Source of the DNA: Opitutia bacterium
Lineage (GTDB): Bacteria; Verrucomicrobiota; Verrucomicrobiia; Opitutales; T3Sed10-336
Reading direction: 5' to 3'
Assembly (NCBI GenBank): GCA_003558065.1
Contig: PWMU01000037.1
Location: 19,473 to 83,472, forward strand
DNA: 64,000 nt
Shown: one piece after another, positions 1 to 9,301 of the stretch
How positions within the stretch are numbered: position 1 is the stretch's first letter
Layout: each line of letters begins with the position of its first letter
Program-made: the position numbers and the translations under genes
The notes under the pieces: model-generated
Told to the model about the DNA's origin: nothing
Databases searched by the model: none
The model's input: only the letters and a program-made list of their open reading frames with translations

Positions 1-1079
1 CAGATATCCGTGCCGGCCAGGGAAGCCCGGGTGATCTCGTAGGGACAGATCCCGGCGCGCCGTCCCGACTCGCGGAGCGTGTCGAGTGCCAGTTCCGTTC
101 CGTCGTGGAGGAAATGTCCGGCGAGCCCGCTTTGCTTCCAGCGCTCCTCAAGGTTGTCGAGGTGGGGGCAGGTCTCGCGGAAGCAGTGAAAGACGGTATG
201 GATGCAGTGGTCCCTCTTGTTCCTGACCTGAACGTAGGAGACGGGAGCTCCGGCGGGAAGCATGGACCGCAGTTGCCGGAGGACCTGCAGCTGGCCGGTT
301 GATTTGCCGGTCAGGTAGACGATGCGCGTGATGCGTCCGTCTTTGAGTTCATTGAGCGCCATCTCCAGGAGGTAGCCCGTCTTGCCGAATCCGGTCGGGG
401 CCTGGAAGAGGAGTACCGGTTTTTCCATTACAGCATGGGCAAGAATCCGCGAGGTGTTCTCCTGGCCGGGCCTCGGTTCGGTGAAAGGGGGCAAAAGGGG
501 GCAATCCCGGAGGCGCCGGAGGTGGTCTTCCCGCATCCGGAGGAAACCGATCAGCTGTCCCATCTGCGCTTCAAAGGCGGTGTCGTCTTCCGCCGCGAGC
601 CGGACCCGCTGAGTCAGACCGGTGGAGATTTCCAGAAAAAGCAATTCCGCCGCGGGCCGCTCGAAAGCGCCCCGGGAGGGATCGCTCAGCGGATAGAGGG
701 CGCGGTAGGCTGCGAGTTGGCGGAAATAAGCGGGATACGTTTCGCGAAGCTCGCTTTCCGAGGCGGGCAGCGGCGTCGTGATCGTCTTGACTTCCCGCAG
801 AAGGACGTCCTCGTCGAACGGCAGGACCTGGTCGGCGCGTCCCTGGAGCTCGACGATCCAGTCTTCGTGGGGCCAGCGGCCGCCGACCAGAACCTCAAAC
901 CGGGCTCCCGGGGTCGCTGCTTCGGACTGCCGGCGAAGCTCCTCGTGCCAGGAGGTCCCGACCTGCGCGCGCCACAAGCCGGCCTGTCGGCCGTCGCCCG
1001 CGGAAGCCGGAGCCAGTGTGAAGGACGCAAATTCCCCGATCGAGAGAGAAACGACTTTCTGCTCGAAGCGGATCTTCAT
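1..1079 (-). CDS. PD-(D/E)xK nuclease-like N-terminal module fused to an XPD/DinG-type Fe-S SF2 helicase (C-terminal part runs off the window)
   Basis: Absent from the ORF track because it is open at the window edge. My minus-strand translation from ATG 1079 reads MKIRFEQKVVSLSIGEF...GRADQVL...LLREVKT...YFRQLAAY, giving D, ExK and QxxxY nuclease-type motifs. It continues with PRPGQ and LLFQAPTGFGKTG (Q motif plus Walker A), then HCIHTVFHCFRETCPH...GICPYE (cysteine cluster typical of XPD/DinG). Confidence 0.65.
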   Translation of the reverse strand, partial: MKIRFEQKVVSLSIGEFASFTLAPASAGDGRQAGLWRAQVGTSWHEELRRQSEAATPGARFEVLVGGRWPHEDWIVELQGRADQVLPFDEDVLLREVKTITTPLPASESELRETYPAYFRQLAAYRALYPLSDPSRGAFERPAAELLFLEISTGLTQRVRLAAEDDTAFEAQMGQLIGFLRMREDHLRRLRDCPLLPPFTEPRPGQENTSRILAHAVMEKPVLLFQAPTGFGKTGYLLEMALNELKDGRITRIVYLTGKSTGQLQVLRQLRSMLPAGAPVSYVQVRNKRDHCIHTVFHCFRETCPHLDNLEERWKQSGLAGHFLHDGTELALDTLRESGRRAGICPYEITRASLAGTDI

Positions 1080-1133
1080 TGCGTGCGAGCCGTCCGCGGG
1101 GCGCCGGTGAAAAAGGGCGCGGTACGTGCGCGG

Positions 1134-2985
1134 TTACTGAGCGGGTCGAACGGAGGTGCCGGGCGTGATCCCATGGGGATTCCATCGTGACGCCCCGGCC
1201 GTGCGGGGCAAGTCCGGACCGCCGGGATCGATGGCGTAGCATTCCGGAGCGGTGTTGTCCGGGGTGCGGATGATCCAGCCGGCCATGGCGCGGGAGGGGA
1301 CGTTGCGGAAGGTGTCGGAGACGATGTGGATTTGGGGGAGATCCCCGATGGTGCCGATCACCCAGAGGTTTTCGCGGTTGAGTTCGATGATCTCGCGGAA
1401 CATTTCAATCCGTCGTTCCGGGTCGATCTCGTACTCGATTTCGCGGTAAAGGTCCATGCATCGGCGGATCAGGGGAGGCGGTTCCTGGCCTTCACTGCCG
1501 TGTGTCTGGAACCAGCGTCCCCAGTCCGCGGCATGGTACGAGTGCGCGTCGAAGGGAAAGAACCAGCCGGGCCCAATGAGCGGAAAGAAAGTGTCGGCCG
1601 CACTCCAGACAGCCACGTCGTGCATGCGGGCGGACACCCGGTGGGTAAAGAGCTGGCGGGCGTGGCGGCGAACCTCCGCGTCAATGCCGAGGTTCTGCCA
1701 GTCGTCGGCGACCAGTTGCAGCATCTGGTGGTTGCGTCCGCCCTGGGTGGTTTCGATCCGGAGACGGAGGGGGCGCCCGTCCGGGCGGAGCCGTATTCCG
1801 TGTTTGTTGCGTTGTTCCAGCCCCATCCCGTCCAGGATTCGGTTCGCTTCGGCGGGATCATGCTCGAGATGGGCCGATTCGTATTCGGGGGAATAAAAAG
1901 CCGAGGCCGGTGGCGGAGCCACCTGTCTCGGGGTGCCCAGGTCGAAGAAGCCGGCACGATTGAGGGTGTCGCGGTCGACTCCGGTTGAGAGGGCGATCCG
2001 GAACCGGCGGTCGTTGAGGATCCCGGCCATGACGGGGTCCCTGTGATTCAGGTTGGGCGCGAGCACGAGGGCGCCGCCGCCCGAGTCCTCCCAGGTCCGC
2101 ACCTGGTAACCTCCCTCGCGGCGGTGTTCCATGAGCAGGGGAAGGTTGGCGAGGCTGATATGCCGGCCCTGCATGCCCACGCCGCCCTGCAGGACCCGGA
2201 GCGCGATGATTTCGTTATCGAAGATGTGGAAGCCGACCTCGTCGATATAGGGGAGTTGGTTCCCTTCGGAATCCACTTTCCAGTAATAGGGATTGCGCCT
2301 GAAGGTTACAGGCGAACCGGGAGGCGGGCGGCTGATGACCCATGCCGTGAGCGCGGGAAGGGCGCGGTTCTGCCAGTCGTACTTGTCATAAAAAAGTTCG
2401 TACCAGAAGAGGATGTCTTCAGAGGTGAACGGGTGGCCGTCGGACCAGCGAACTCCGCGCCTGAGGTGAAAGGTGAAGGTTCTGCCGTCGTCCTCGATTT
2501 CCCAATGGGTGGCGAGGTTGGGGATCACTTCGCGGCCTCTGGCATCCCACCGGACCAGTCCCTCATAGGTCAGGCGCGTACTGAAAAAAAATCGAAATGT
2601 CGTTTGGACCGCTTGCGTAGCGGGTCCAGGTTCCGCCGTACGGACCGTTTTGTTCGGGAGGATGAATGACAAGCGGGTTTTGAGGGAGGCGTTCCGCTAC
2701 CGGTGGAAGATGGCCCTGTTTTTGCGCTTTTTCAAATTCCGGTGCCTGGGCGAATCGGCGCGGACGGTCCGCCGGCCATTCTCCGACCGTAGGCGTTCCG
2801 ACCTCGCGAGAGGCGGGGGTAATGGCTTCCCGGTCGGACTCCGCCGCCGCGGGAGGGAGGGACGGCTCGGGGGCCAGTTGCCACATCCCCCAGCCAAGCA
2901 GGCAGACGAGGCCCAGAAATCCGGCAACCAGCGCGAATACCGGCCAAATGCAGGAGAAACCGGTGACTTGGAGGAATCCTTTCAT
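1134..2985 (-). pseudogene. ABC transporter substrate-binding protein, family 5 (peptide/nickel type), interrupted by a frameshift in an A8/T8 run at 2584-2591
   Basis: The N-terminal part lies in the frame of ORF 2563..3327 starting at ATG 2985: MKGFLQVTGFSCIWPVFALVAGFLGL (membrane anchor)...GGTWTRYASGPNDISIFF. The remainder lies in ORF 1134..2672: STRLTYEGLVRWDARG...RRNPYYW.... Removing one T from the T8 run joins them as ...DISIFFSTRLTYEGLV.... Confidence 0.7.
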
Positions 2986-3052
2986 CGACGATGTCTTAAC
3001 GCAAAAGGTGCACGACGGATGTTTTCGGGCAAGCCCGGGCGGTGGTTTCGGT

Positions 3053-3676
3053 TCAGAATCGGATCTCATGATCGTACTGCAGCCAGCTCTCCAGGCTTTC
3101 GATGAGCTTCTTCGTGTTGCCGGTTGCATCCGGAGCGGATTGTTCGGCGAGGGGCCGGTGCAGCCGCAGTTCGGTCTCGGATTGCCGGGCGCGGGGCAGG
3201 CGCGCCCACCAGTCTTCCCGGACCGGAAACCCCTCGCCTTTGGCGTAGAGGTAAAGTGTTTTGAAATAGACGATTTCGGGGTGCCGGTCGTGTTCCCAGG
3301 CCTCCAGAGCGTGGTCCAGGCTTTCAAAGAGGGGGAGCCAGGCGTCGTGGTGGAGGGGGTTCTTCAGAATAAGCGCCGCAAACCGCGAGGCGTAGCGAAG
3401 ACTTGCATAGTTCCGGCCGATGCCGGTGTATCGGCGGGTGACGACATGTTCTTTGACGAACCAGGTGCGGCCTTCGTTCTTGGTTTCCAGGACGACATCG
3501 AGCCGGTCGAACAGGTCCGGGGCAGGCGTTGCCGGCGTCCGTTTCCGGCTGACACGCAGCCAGGCGTGAATGAGGCCGATGCCGGCGCTGAAGAGCCGGA
3601 GGTGAAGCATGGATTCCCCGGACGGTTCCCGCGTCAGGACGAACGCGCTGGTGTGATGGAAGGGCATGGACTCCAT
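3053..3676 (-). CDS. recO: DNA repair protein RecO-like
   Basis: 207 aa. The N-terminal OB-like segment AFVLTREPSGESMLHLRLFSAGIGLIHAWLRVSRK and the helical C-terminal half follow the RecO pattern. Its position downstream of ybeY in a phoH-ybeY-type string is typical. No CxxC zinc finger was seen. Confidence 0.5.
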   Translation of the reverse strand: MESMPFHHTSAFVLTREPSGESMLHLRLFSAGIGLIHAWLRVSRKRTPATPAPDLFDRLDVVLETKNEGRTWFVKEHVVTRRYTGIGRNYASLRYASRFAALILKNPLHHDAWLPLFESLDHALEAWEHDRHPEIVYFKTLYLYAKGEGFPVREDWWARLPRARQSETELRLHRPLAEQSAPDATGNTKKLIESLESWLQYDHEIRF

Positions 3677-3747
3677 CCCGGCGGCTGCGATTCCGAATGA
3701 AAAGCCTACGTCGGGGAAAGGACGAGAGAGGTTGCCGGTTTCGGGTG

Positions 3748-4479
3748 TCAGTGTCGGGTTTTGCGATTCGACCGGGCGGGCTGGCGGGCGGAGATGTGGC
3801 TGTGTTCTTCAGTCCGGACGGCCGTGATCTCCTTCTGATCCTGATATTTGGGAACGACGGCGCCGCCCGAGATAATGAGTTTCATTCCGTCGCCGACGTT
3901 CATCTCCAGCTCGATCACGTCCTTCCATGGAACCATGAGAAGAAACCCGCTGGTGGGATTGGGGGTGGTGGGGACGAAAACGTTGCACAGGTCATCGGAA
4001 GTTCTCGCCTGGGGCTCGCCCTTGGCCCGGCTCGTCAGGAAGCCGATGGCCCAGGTTCCCTTGCGCGGGTATTCGAGCATGACCACTTTCTGGAAGATGG
4101 CCTCCTGCTGCATGCTGAAGGTCTGGACGATCTGCTTGACCGAGTTGTAGACGGTTTTCACGAAAGGGAAGGAGGTGATGATCTTTTCCGAAAGATTGAC
4201 GAAATACTTCGCGATCAGGTAGCGGGAGAAGTAGCCCAGGAGGGTGACCAGGATGATGACCTTGAGGGTCGCGGCGATATTCCACAGGGCGACCAGCCCG
4301 CGCCGCCCCAACATTTCCTCCGGGATGTAGAAGAAGAAGTGATCTCTGAACTGGCCGCCGATGTTGGAAACCAGGATATTGATAACGTAAAGCGTGACCG
4401 CCAGCTGCGTGAGAAGGACGATTCCCGCGAGGAACGCGTTGCGCAGGGAGGTCAGTATGGCGGACGGTTTCTTGTGCAT
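3748..4479 (-). CDS. DUF502 family membrane protein
   Basis: Has N-terminal TM helices and the conserved FVPTTPNPTSGFLLMVP...IISGG signature of DUF502. Confidence 0.75.
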   Translation of the reverse strand: MHKKPSAILTSLRNAFLAGIVLLTQLAVTLYVINILVSNIGGQFRDHFFFYIPEEMLGRRGLVALWNIAATLKVIILVTLLGYFSRYLIAKYFVNLSEKIITSFPFVKTVYNSVKQIVQTFSMQQEAIFQKVVMLEYPRKGTWAIGFLTSRAKGEPQARTSDDLCNVFVPTTPNPTSGFLLMVPWKDVIELEMNVGDGMKLIISGGAVVPKYQDQKEITAVRTEEHSHISARQPARSNRKTRH

Positions 4480-4481
4480 GG

Positions 4482-4961
4482 TTACGTATCGACACGGAAA
4501 AGAGGAAGTTTGTCCGAACTTTCAAGCAAACCGAGCGCTTTCTTTTCGGCAGCTCTCATTCGGCGGCGGTCGGCGGGCTCGATATCGTCGAATCCGGCCA
4601 GGTGAAGGTAGCCGTGGACCACGTACAGCGTGACTTCGCGAGAAAAATCCGTGCCGTGTTCGGCGGCGTAACGTTGTGCGTGTTCGACGGAGACGCAGAT
4701 TTCTCCGGCGAATCCCATTTCCGGTTCCCCCTCGAACGTGATGACGTCGGTCGGTTCCGGGTCATTGAAAAACTCCCGGTGGATCTTTGCGATTTGCTCG
4801 TCTCCCATGAATACCAGGGAAACTTCCCCGGGCGGACAGGGGAAAAGGTTGCTGCTGTCGAGGGCACGCACCGCGTTGCGGACCTCATTGGGAACGAACT
4901 TGAGGGCTTTCCACTGTCTTTGGATCGGAACGGGCCGCCTTTTGGTTTTCGCGGGATTCAT
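4482..4961 (-). CDS. ybeY: rRNA maturation endoribonuclease YbeY
   Basis: Contains PTDVITF and the zinc motif HGYLHLAGFDD (HGxLHLxGxDH type). If translation starts at 4961 the 5' end overlaps the upstream HD gene by 77 nt, so the start is uncertain. Confidence 0.85.
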   Translation of the reverse strand: MNPAKTKRRPVPIQRQWKALKFVPNEVRNAVRALDSSNLFPCPPGEVSLVFMGDEQIAKIHREFFNDPEPTDVITFEGEPEMGFAGEICVSVEHAQRYAAEHGTDFSREVTLYVVHGYLHLAGFDDIEPADRRRMRAAEKKALGLLESSDKLPLFRVDT

Positions 4962-7359
4962 TCTTTGCGGATTGGCTCGTTTTTGAATTGTCCTTGTTCC
5001 TGGTGTTCTCGTCCGAAGGGTATTCCACCCGGGAGTGGAGCATATTGAGAAGGGTGAAGCAAAAACTCTTCTTGATCCGGGCGATCTGTTCCATTGTCAG
5101 CGGACATTCGTCAAGTTGCCCGTCCTCAATGCGGCTGCGGAAGATCTTGTCGATCAGCTCTTCGATGCTCTGCTGATTCACCTTCTTCAGCGTTCGGCTG
5201 GCGGCTTCGAGCGCGTCGGCGAAGAAAATGATGGCGCTTTCCTCGAACTGAGGTTTCGGTCCGTTGTACCGGTAGGTGCTTTCGCTCACCTTGTCCAGCT
5301 CGACGGAGCCGGCCCCGGCGAACGGGGGAATCGACTCTTTCTTCTCCTGTTGCTTGGCCTGGTAGAAGAAGTATTCTATCAACGTTGTTCCGTGATGTTG
5401 GCGAATGACGTCCACGATCACCCGCGGAAGCTTGAATTTCACTGCGAGATCGACGCCTTCCTTGACGTGGCTCTTGATGATCAGGGCGCTGAAGGACGGG
5501 TTGCGTTCAATGTGCGGGTTAAAGCCGTCGCGCTGGTTTTCGGTGAAGTACTCGGGTTTCACGAGTTTGCCAATGTCGTGGAAGAGTGCGCAGACACGGC
5601 ATTTGAGAGGGTTGGCCCCGATTTCACCGGCGGCGTTCTCCGAAAGGTTGGCGACCACCAGGCTGTGGTGATAGCTGCCGGGCGCCTCCATCTGCATACG
5701 TTTCAGGAGAGGATGGTTGGAGTCGGTCAGTTCGAGCAGGGTGATGTCCGTGATGCGGCGGAACAGCGTTTCCAGGATGGGAAGGATTCCGACGACGACG
5801 ATGCCGGTGAGTGCGCCGACGGCCAGGCCGGCGGCCATCTGTTTTGCCACGAGAGTAACGTCGAGCAGGGCCGCGGCGCCGAGGAGCAGGGCGGAGACGG
5901 CCACGGTCAATCCGGTCATGCAACCGGCCTTGACCAACCTGCCGCGGAACCGGACCTGATGACAGAAGTAGATGCCGACAAGGGATGAGAGAAACGCGAT
6001 CACGAACATTTCGACCTTGTAGCCGAACATGATGGCGGTGAAGAAGCTGATCACCAGCGCCATGAAGATGGCGGGACGCTGGCCGATGAGCATTGCCACG
6101 ATCAGGGGAGAAAAGGCGGCCGGGATCAGATAGGGAATGACGGGCAGCCAGGCGGTGTCGCCCGCGATGGCGGGCGCGTTGCTCAGGTTGATGACGCACC
6201 AGACCAGGCTCAGGTTGATGGCGGCAAGCAAGCCGAGCAGTGCGAGGCGGCTGTTGCTCTTCAGGGTTTCCCGGTCTTCGATACGGATGTAAACCACCGC
6301 GGACAGGAGGATCCCAAGGACCAGCAGGAGGCGGTGCATCACCTGCTCGTCGAGATCAAGGGGCTGTTCGCCCCGTGCCGCGAGCTGCTCGAGATAAGCC
6401 ACGTACATTTCGTACTGTTCCTCGGTGACGGTGACTCCCGGCCGGATGATGGTATCCCCTTCTTCAACCTCGACCTCCACGGGCGGGGTGGCACGGGCCA
6501 CCTGTTCCTTGCGTTCTTCGGTTTTTCGTTCGTCGTATTCGAAATTGGGAGCGATGCCGTCCCGGAAGATGCGCCGCAGGGCCAGGGCCACTTCTTCGGG
6601 AGCGTTGAGTTCTTCCAGGCGGTCGCGCAGGGCCTGGCGCGCCTCCTGCTCGCTGCGGATACTGCGTTCCGCGAGCCGGGAGGCATCCGGGCCGTAGATG
6701 GTAAAGAGCGTGAGTCCCTCAGGTGTGTCCTGGGAAGGGAACGTGTCCGGAGCGTAGATCCCGTCGCGGTGGATTCCCTCAAGGATTTCCAGACTGGCCT
6801 CGAACCAGTCTTTGCGCTCCTCGGTCTCCGCTTTGTCCAGCAGCGAAAAGACGTCTTCGTAGCTGATGTTGAAGCGGGTGCGTTCGCCGTAATTCTCCAC
6901 GAACGCACGAACGGCCGAGGCCCTTTCATTCTCGTCCATCCCCTGGGTTTCCTTCTCAAGGCGGTTGATTTCCGCCAGGAGAATTTCCGCGTGTTCGGTG
7001 AAGCGTTCGAAGCGGGCGGGTCGGATCGAGTAGGCGGGGCCGACGAGGTTGATCTGGCGCTGGCGTTCGCGCTGTGTCTGGACTTCGCTTTCGTAATCGA
7101 AGGCAATGCTGGCGGTAACCCGAACCGGCGAAACCTGGTGGGGGATGACCTGAGTTCCGGTGGGGTGGAGCCCGATCAGGCTGAGCGTGCCGATCCCCGC
7201 CGCGGTCAACAGGAAGATCGCGACCGCGACGACGCGGCTGGTCTCGAGATACTGGACGAATCCCGACTTCTGGTCTGTTTTGCGTTTGCGGCGCGACGCT
7301 TCCGTCGCGGCCGGCTTCGTGGCTTTGTTAGACATGGATGCGGTCAGGTGCAGGCCCAA
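4885..7359 (-). CDS. 7TM-receptor/HD-domain phosphohydrolase (HDIG, PgpH/YqfF-like)
   Basis: 824 aa with an extracellular coiled region, seven TM helices, then HHSLVVANLSE...CALFHDIGKLVKPEYFTENQ (HD/HDIG motifs). It has the classic phoH and ybeY neighbours. Confidence 0.85.
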   Translation of the reverse strand: MGLHLTASMSNKATKPAATEASRRKRKTDQKSGFVQYLETSRVVAVAIFLLTAAGIGTLSLIGLHPTGTQVIPHQVSPVRVTASIAFDYESEVQTQRERQRQINLVGPAYSIRPARFERFTEHAEILLAEINRLEKETQGMDENERASAVRAFVENYGERTRFNISYEDVFSLLDKAETEERKDWFEASLEILEGIHRDGIYAPDTFPSQDTPEGLTLFTIYGPDASRLAERSIRSEQEARQALRDRLEELNAPEEVALALRRIFRDGIAPNFEYDERKTEERKEQVARATPPVEVEVEEGDTIIRPGVTVTEEQYEMYVAYLEQLAARGEQPLDLDEQVMHRLLLVLGILLSAVVYIRIEDRETLKSNSRLALLGLLAAINLSLVWCVINLSNAPAIAGDTAWLPVIPYLIPAAFSPLIVAMLIGQRPAIFMALVISFFTAIMFGYKVEMFVIAFLSSLVGIYFCHQVRFRGRLVKAGCMTGLTVAVSALLLGAAALLDVTLVAKQMAAGLAVGALTGIVVVGILPILETLFRRITDITLLELTDSNHPLLKRMQMEAPGSYHHSLVVANLSENAAGEIGANPLKCRVCALFHDIGKLVKPEYFTENQRDGFNPHIERNPSFSALIIKSHVKEGVDLAVKFKLPRVIVDVIRQHHGTTLIEYFFYQAKQQEKKESIPPFAGAGSVELDKVSESTYRYNGPKPQFEESAIIFFADALEAASRTLKKVNQQSIEELIDKIFRSRIEDGQLDECPLTMEQIARIKKSFCFTLLNMLHSRVEYPSDENTRNKDNSKTSQSAKNESRENQKAARSDPKTVESPQVRSQ

Positions 7360-7611
7360 TCGTTTCGCTGCCGGTGCTCGTTCACCCGGCGAAAGTGAAG
7401 TAGGCGGGACAACGAACCTGAGGTTGCCGGTTGCCGGTTTGGGCGCGGTGGTGGTGACTGCGGGTTGCCTGAACGTGCGTCATTATTTTCTGCAGCGTAA
7501 TCGGGGTTTCCAAAAAATTCGAGTAGATTGTGAATTCCGCGGGTCGGGGAGAATTATGGGCAAAACCAGGAGTCTGTCGGGCTTGGGCTACCGCCCAAGT
7601 CCGACAGACTG

Positions 7612-8586
7612 CTAGGATTTTCCCTTTTGAGGTCCGGGGTCCTCGGTTTCTTCGTAGGCCTCGATAATGCGGAGGACCAGCGGATGGCGGACGACGTCGG
7701 AGGAGGAAAAATGAAAGAACCGGATCCCCTTGACCCGGTCGAGGATGCGGCGCGACTCGACCAGGCCCGAGTTCTGGCGGCGCGGAAGATCGATCTGGGT
7801 GATGTCCCCCGTGATGACCATTTTGCTGTTGTCGCCGAGCCGGGTGAGGAACATCAACATTTGCTCGGAGGTCGTGTTCTGGGCCTCGTCCAGGATGATG
7901 AAGGAATCGGACAGGGTGCGGCCCCGCATGTAGGCGAGGGGGGCGATCTCGATAATCCCCTTGTCGATCATTCGGGCCACGTCCTCTCTCGGAATCATGT
8001 CGTACAGGGCATCGTAAACGGGGCGAAGATAGGGCAGGATTTTTTCCCGCAGGTCTCCGGGCAGAAAGCCGAGCGCCTCGCCGGCTTCGACCGCCGGGCG
8101 GGAAAGAATGATCTTCTTGATGTCGTTTTTAAGGAGAGCCGAGACGGCCATTGCCATGGCGAGGTAAGTCTTGCCCGTCCCGGCGGGACCGATGCCGAAG
8201 ACGATGTCGGCCTCCTCAATATATTGAAGGTAGCGTTTCTGGCCGAGTGTCTTAGGGACGACGGTCTTGCGGTTGAGTTCGACAACAAAGGGATTTCGCA
8301 GCATTTCCGAAAAATCCTCTTCTTCGCCCCGCGCCACTCCCTGGAGGATGTGGGTGAAGTCGGAGCTGCGGATCTTCATCCCTTGGCGGCGGCCTTCTTC
8401 GAGGAGCGAAAAGAAGGTTTCCGCCTTGTTGACCTCCGGTTCCGGTCCCTCCAGTTGAAGCCAGCCGTCGCGGGTGACGACCTTGACCCCGAGCACCTGC
8501 TGAACCCGTTCCAGGTTGTTGTCCTGACTGCAGTAGAGCTGGTCGAGGGTGCGCGGATTCTCGAAATGAAGCGTTTTCGTAGTCAT
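7612..8586 (-). CDS. phoH: PhoH-like ATPase (YbeZ family)
   Basis: Contains GPAGTGKTYLAMAMAV (Walker A) and ILSRPAVEAGEALGFLPGDL. The likely start is the internal ATG at 8586 (MTTKTLHF...), because the upstream part of ORF 7612..8748 overlaps the HIT gene. Confidence 0.9.
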   Translation of the reverse strand: MTTKTLHFENPRTLDQLYCSQDNNLERVQQVLGVKVVTRDGWLQLEGPEPEVNKAETFFSLLEEGRRQGMKIRSSDFTHILQGVARGEEEDFSEMLRNPFVVELNRKTVVPKTLGQKRYLQYIEEADIVFGIGPAGTGKTYLAMAMAVSALLKNDIKKIILSRPAVEAGEALGFLPGDLREKILPYLRPVYDALYDMIPREDVARMIDKGIIEIAPLAYMRGRTLSDSFIILDEAQNTTSEQMLMFLTRLGDNSKMVITGDITQIDLPRRQNSGLVESRRILDRVKGIRFFHFSSSDVVRHPLVLRIIEAYEETEDPGPQKGKS

Positions 8587-8606
8587 AGAGAAGGCAACAT
8601 GGCTTC

Positions 8607-9110
8607 TCAGTGCTCCCCTTCCGGGGAATCGGGGCAGCGGGCGCGGAGGCGTTTCCACATGGCGTGCATCGAGGCCGGAAGGACACGGGTATCGCCGAGC
8701 ACGGGCATGAAATTGGTATCTCCTTCCCACCGGGGAACAATGTGGCAATGAAGGTGCTCGGGGAGGCCCGCCCCGCCCGCTTTGCCGAGGTTGAAGCCGA
8801 TATTGAACCCGTCCGGGCGGATGGCGGCCTCGAGGATCTCCTTTCCCAGGATAATCAGATTCATGAGATCGGCGCGTTCGGGTTCCTCCAGCTCACTGAG
8901 ATCGGACACTTCCCGGAAGGGGATCGCGAGCAAGTGGCCCGCATTGTAGGGGTAGCGGTTGAGAACCAGGTAGGAGAACCCGCTCCTGTGCAGAAGGTAG
9001 GTGTCCTCGTCGTCGCCGGAATTCGGAAGGTCGCGGAACGGATGGGCGCTTTCCGGGAATTTCGGCGCTTCCACGTATTCCATTCTCCAGTATGAGTGTA
9101 ACCGCTGCAT
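8607..9110 (-). CDS. HIT family hydrolase/nucleotidyltransferase
   Basis: Carries the histidine triad HLHCHIVPRW and has HIT-domain length (167 aa). Confidence 0.8.
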   Translation of the reverse strand: MQRLHSYWRMEYVEAPKFPESAHPFRDLPNSGDDEDTYLLHRSGFSYLVLNRYPYNAGHLLAIPFREVSDLSELEEPERADLMNLIILGKEILEAAIRPDGFNIGFNLGKAGGAGLPEHLHCHIVPRWEGDTNFMPVLGDTRVLPASMHAMWKRLRARCPDSPEGEH

Positions 9111-9301
9111 TCAACGGAACAACGTGGTTCCGTTTCCCGGAAAAGTCAAAACCGCCTTTTTGCTCGACTTGCAAAATTGGATAGACTTAACAAGTTACAA
9201 AGGAGTCTTCGTGTCCGGCAGACGCCCGCCTATGAGACACCTAACCGGGGCGGCGTTATTCTTGTTTCCCATACTTTTTTGCATCAGGTTCTATTTTTAC
9301 T

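Noticed and set aside
435-1190. 251-aa + strand ORF at the window start
   Set aside because: Antisense to the nuclease-helicase gene, which has Walker A, Q-motif and Cys-cluster signatures. The + strand product is R/G-rich with no features.
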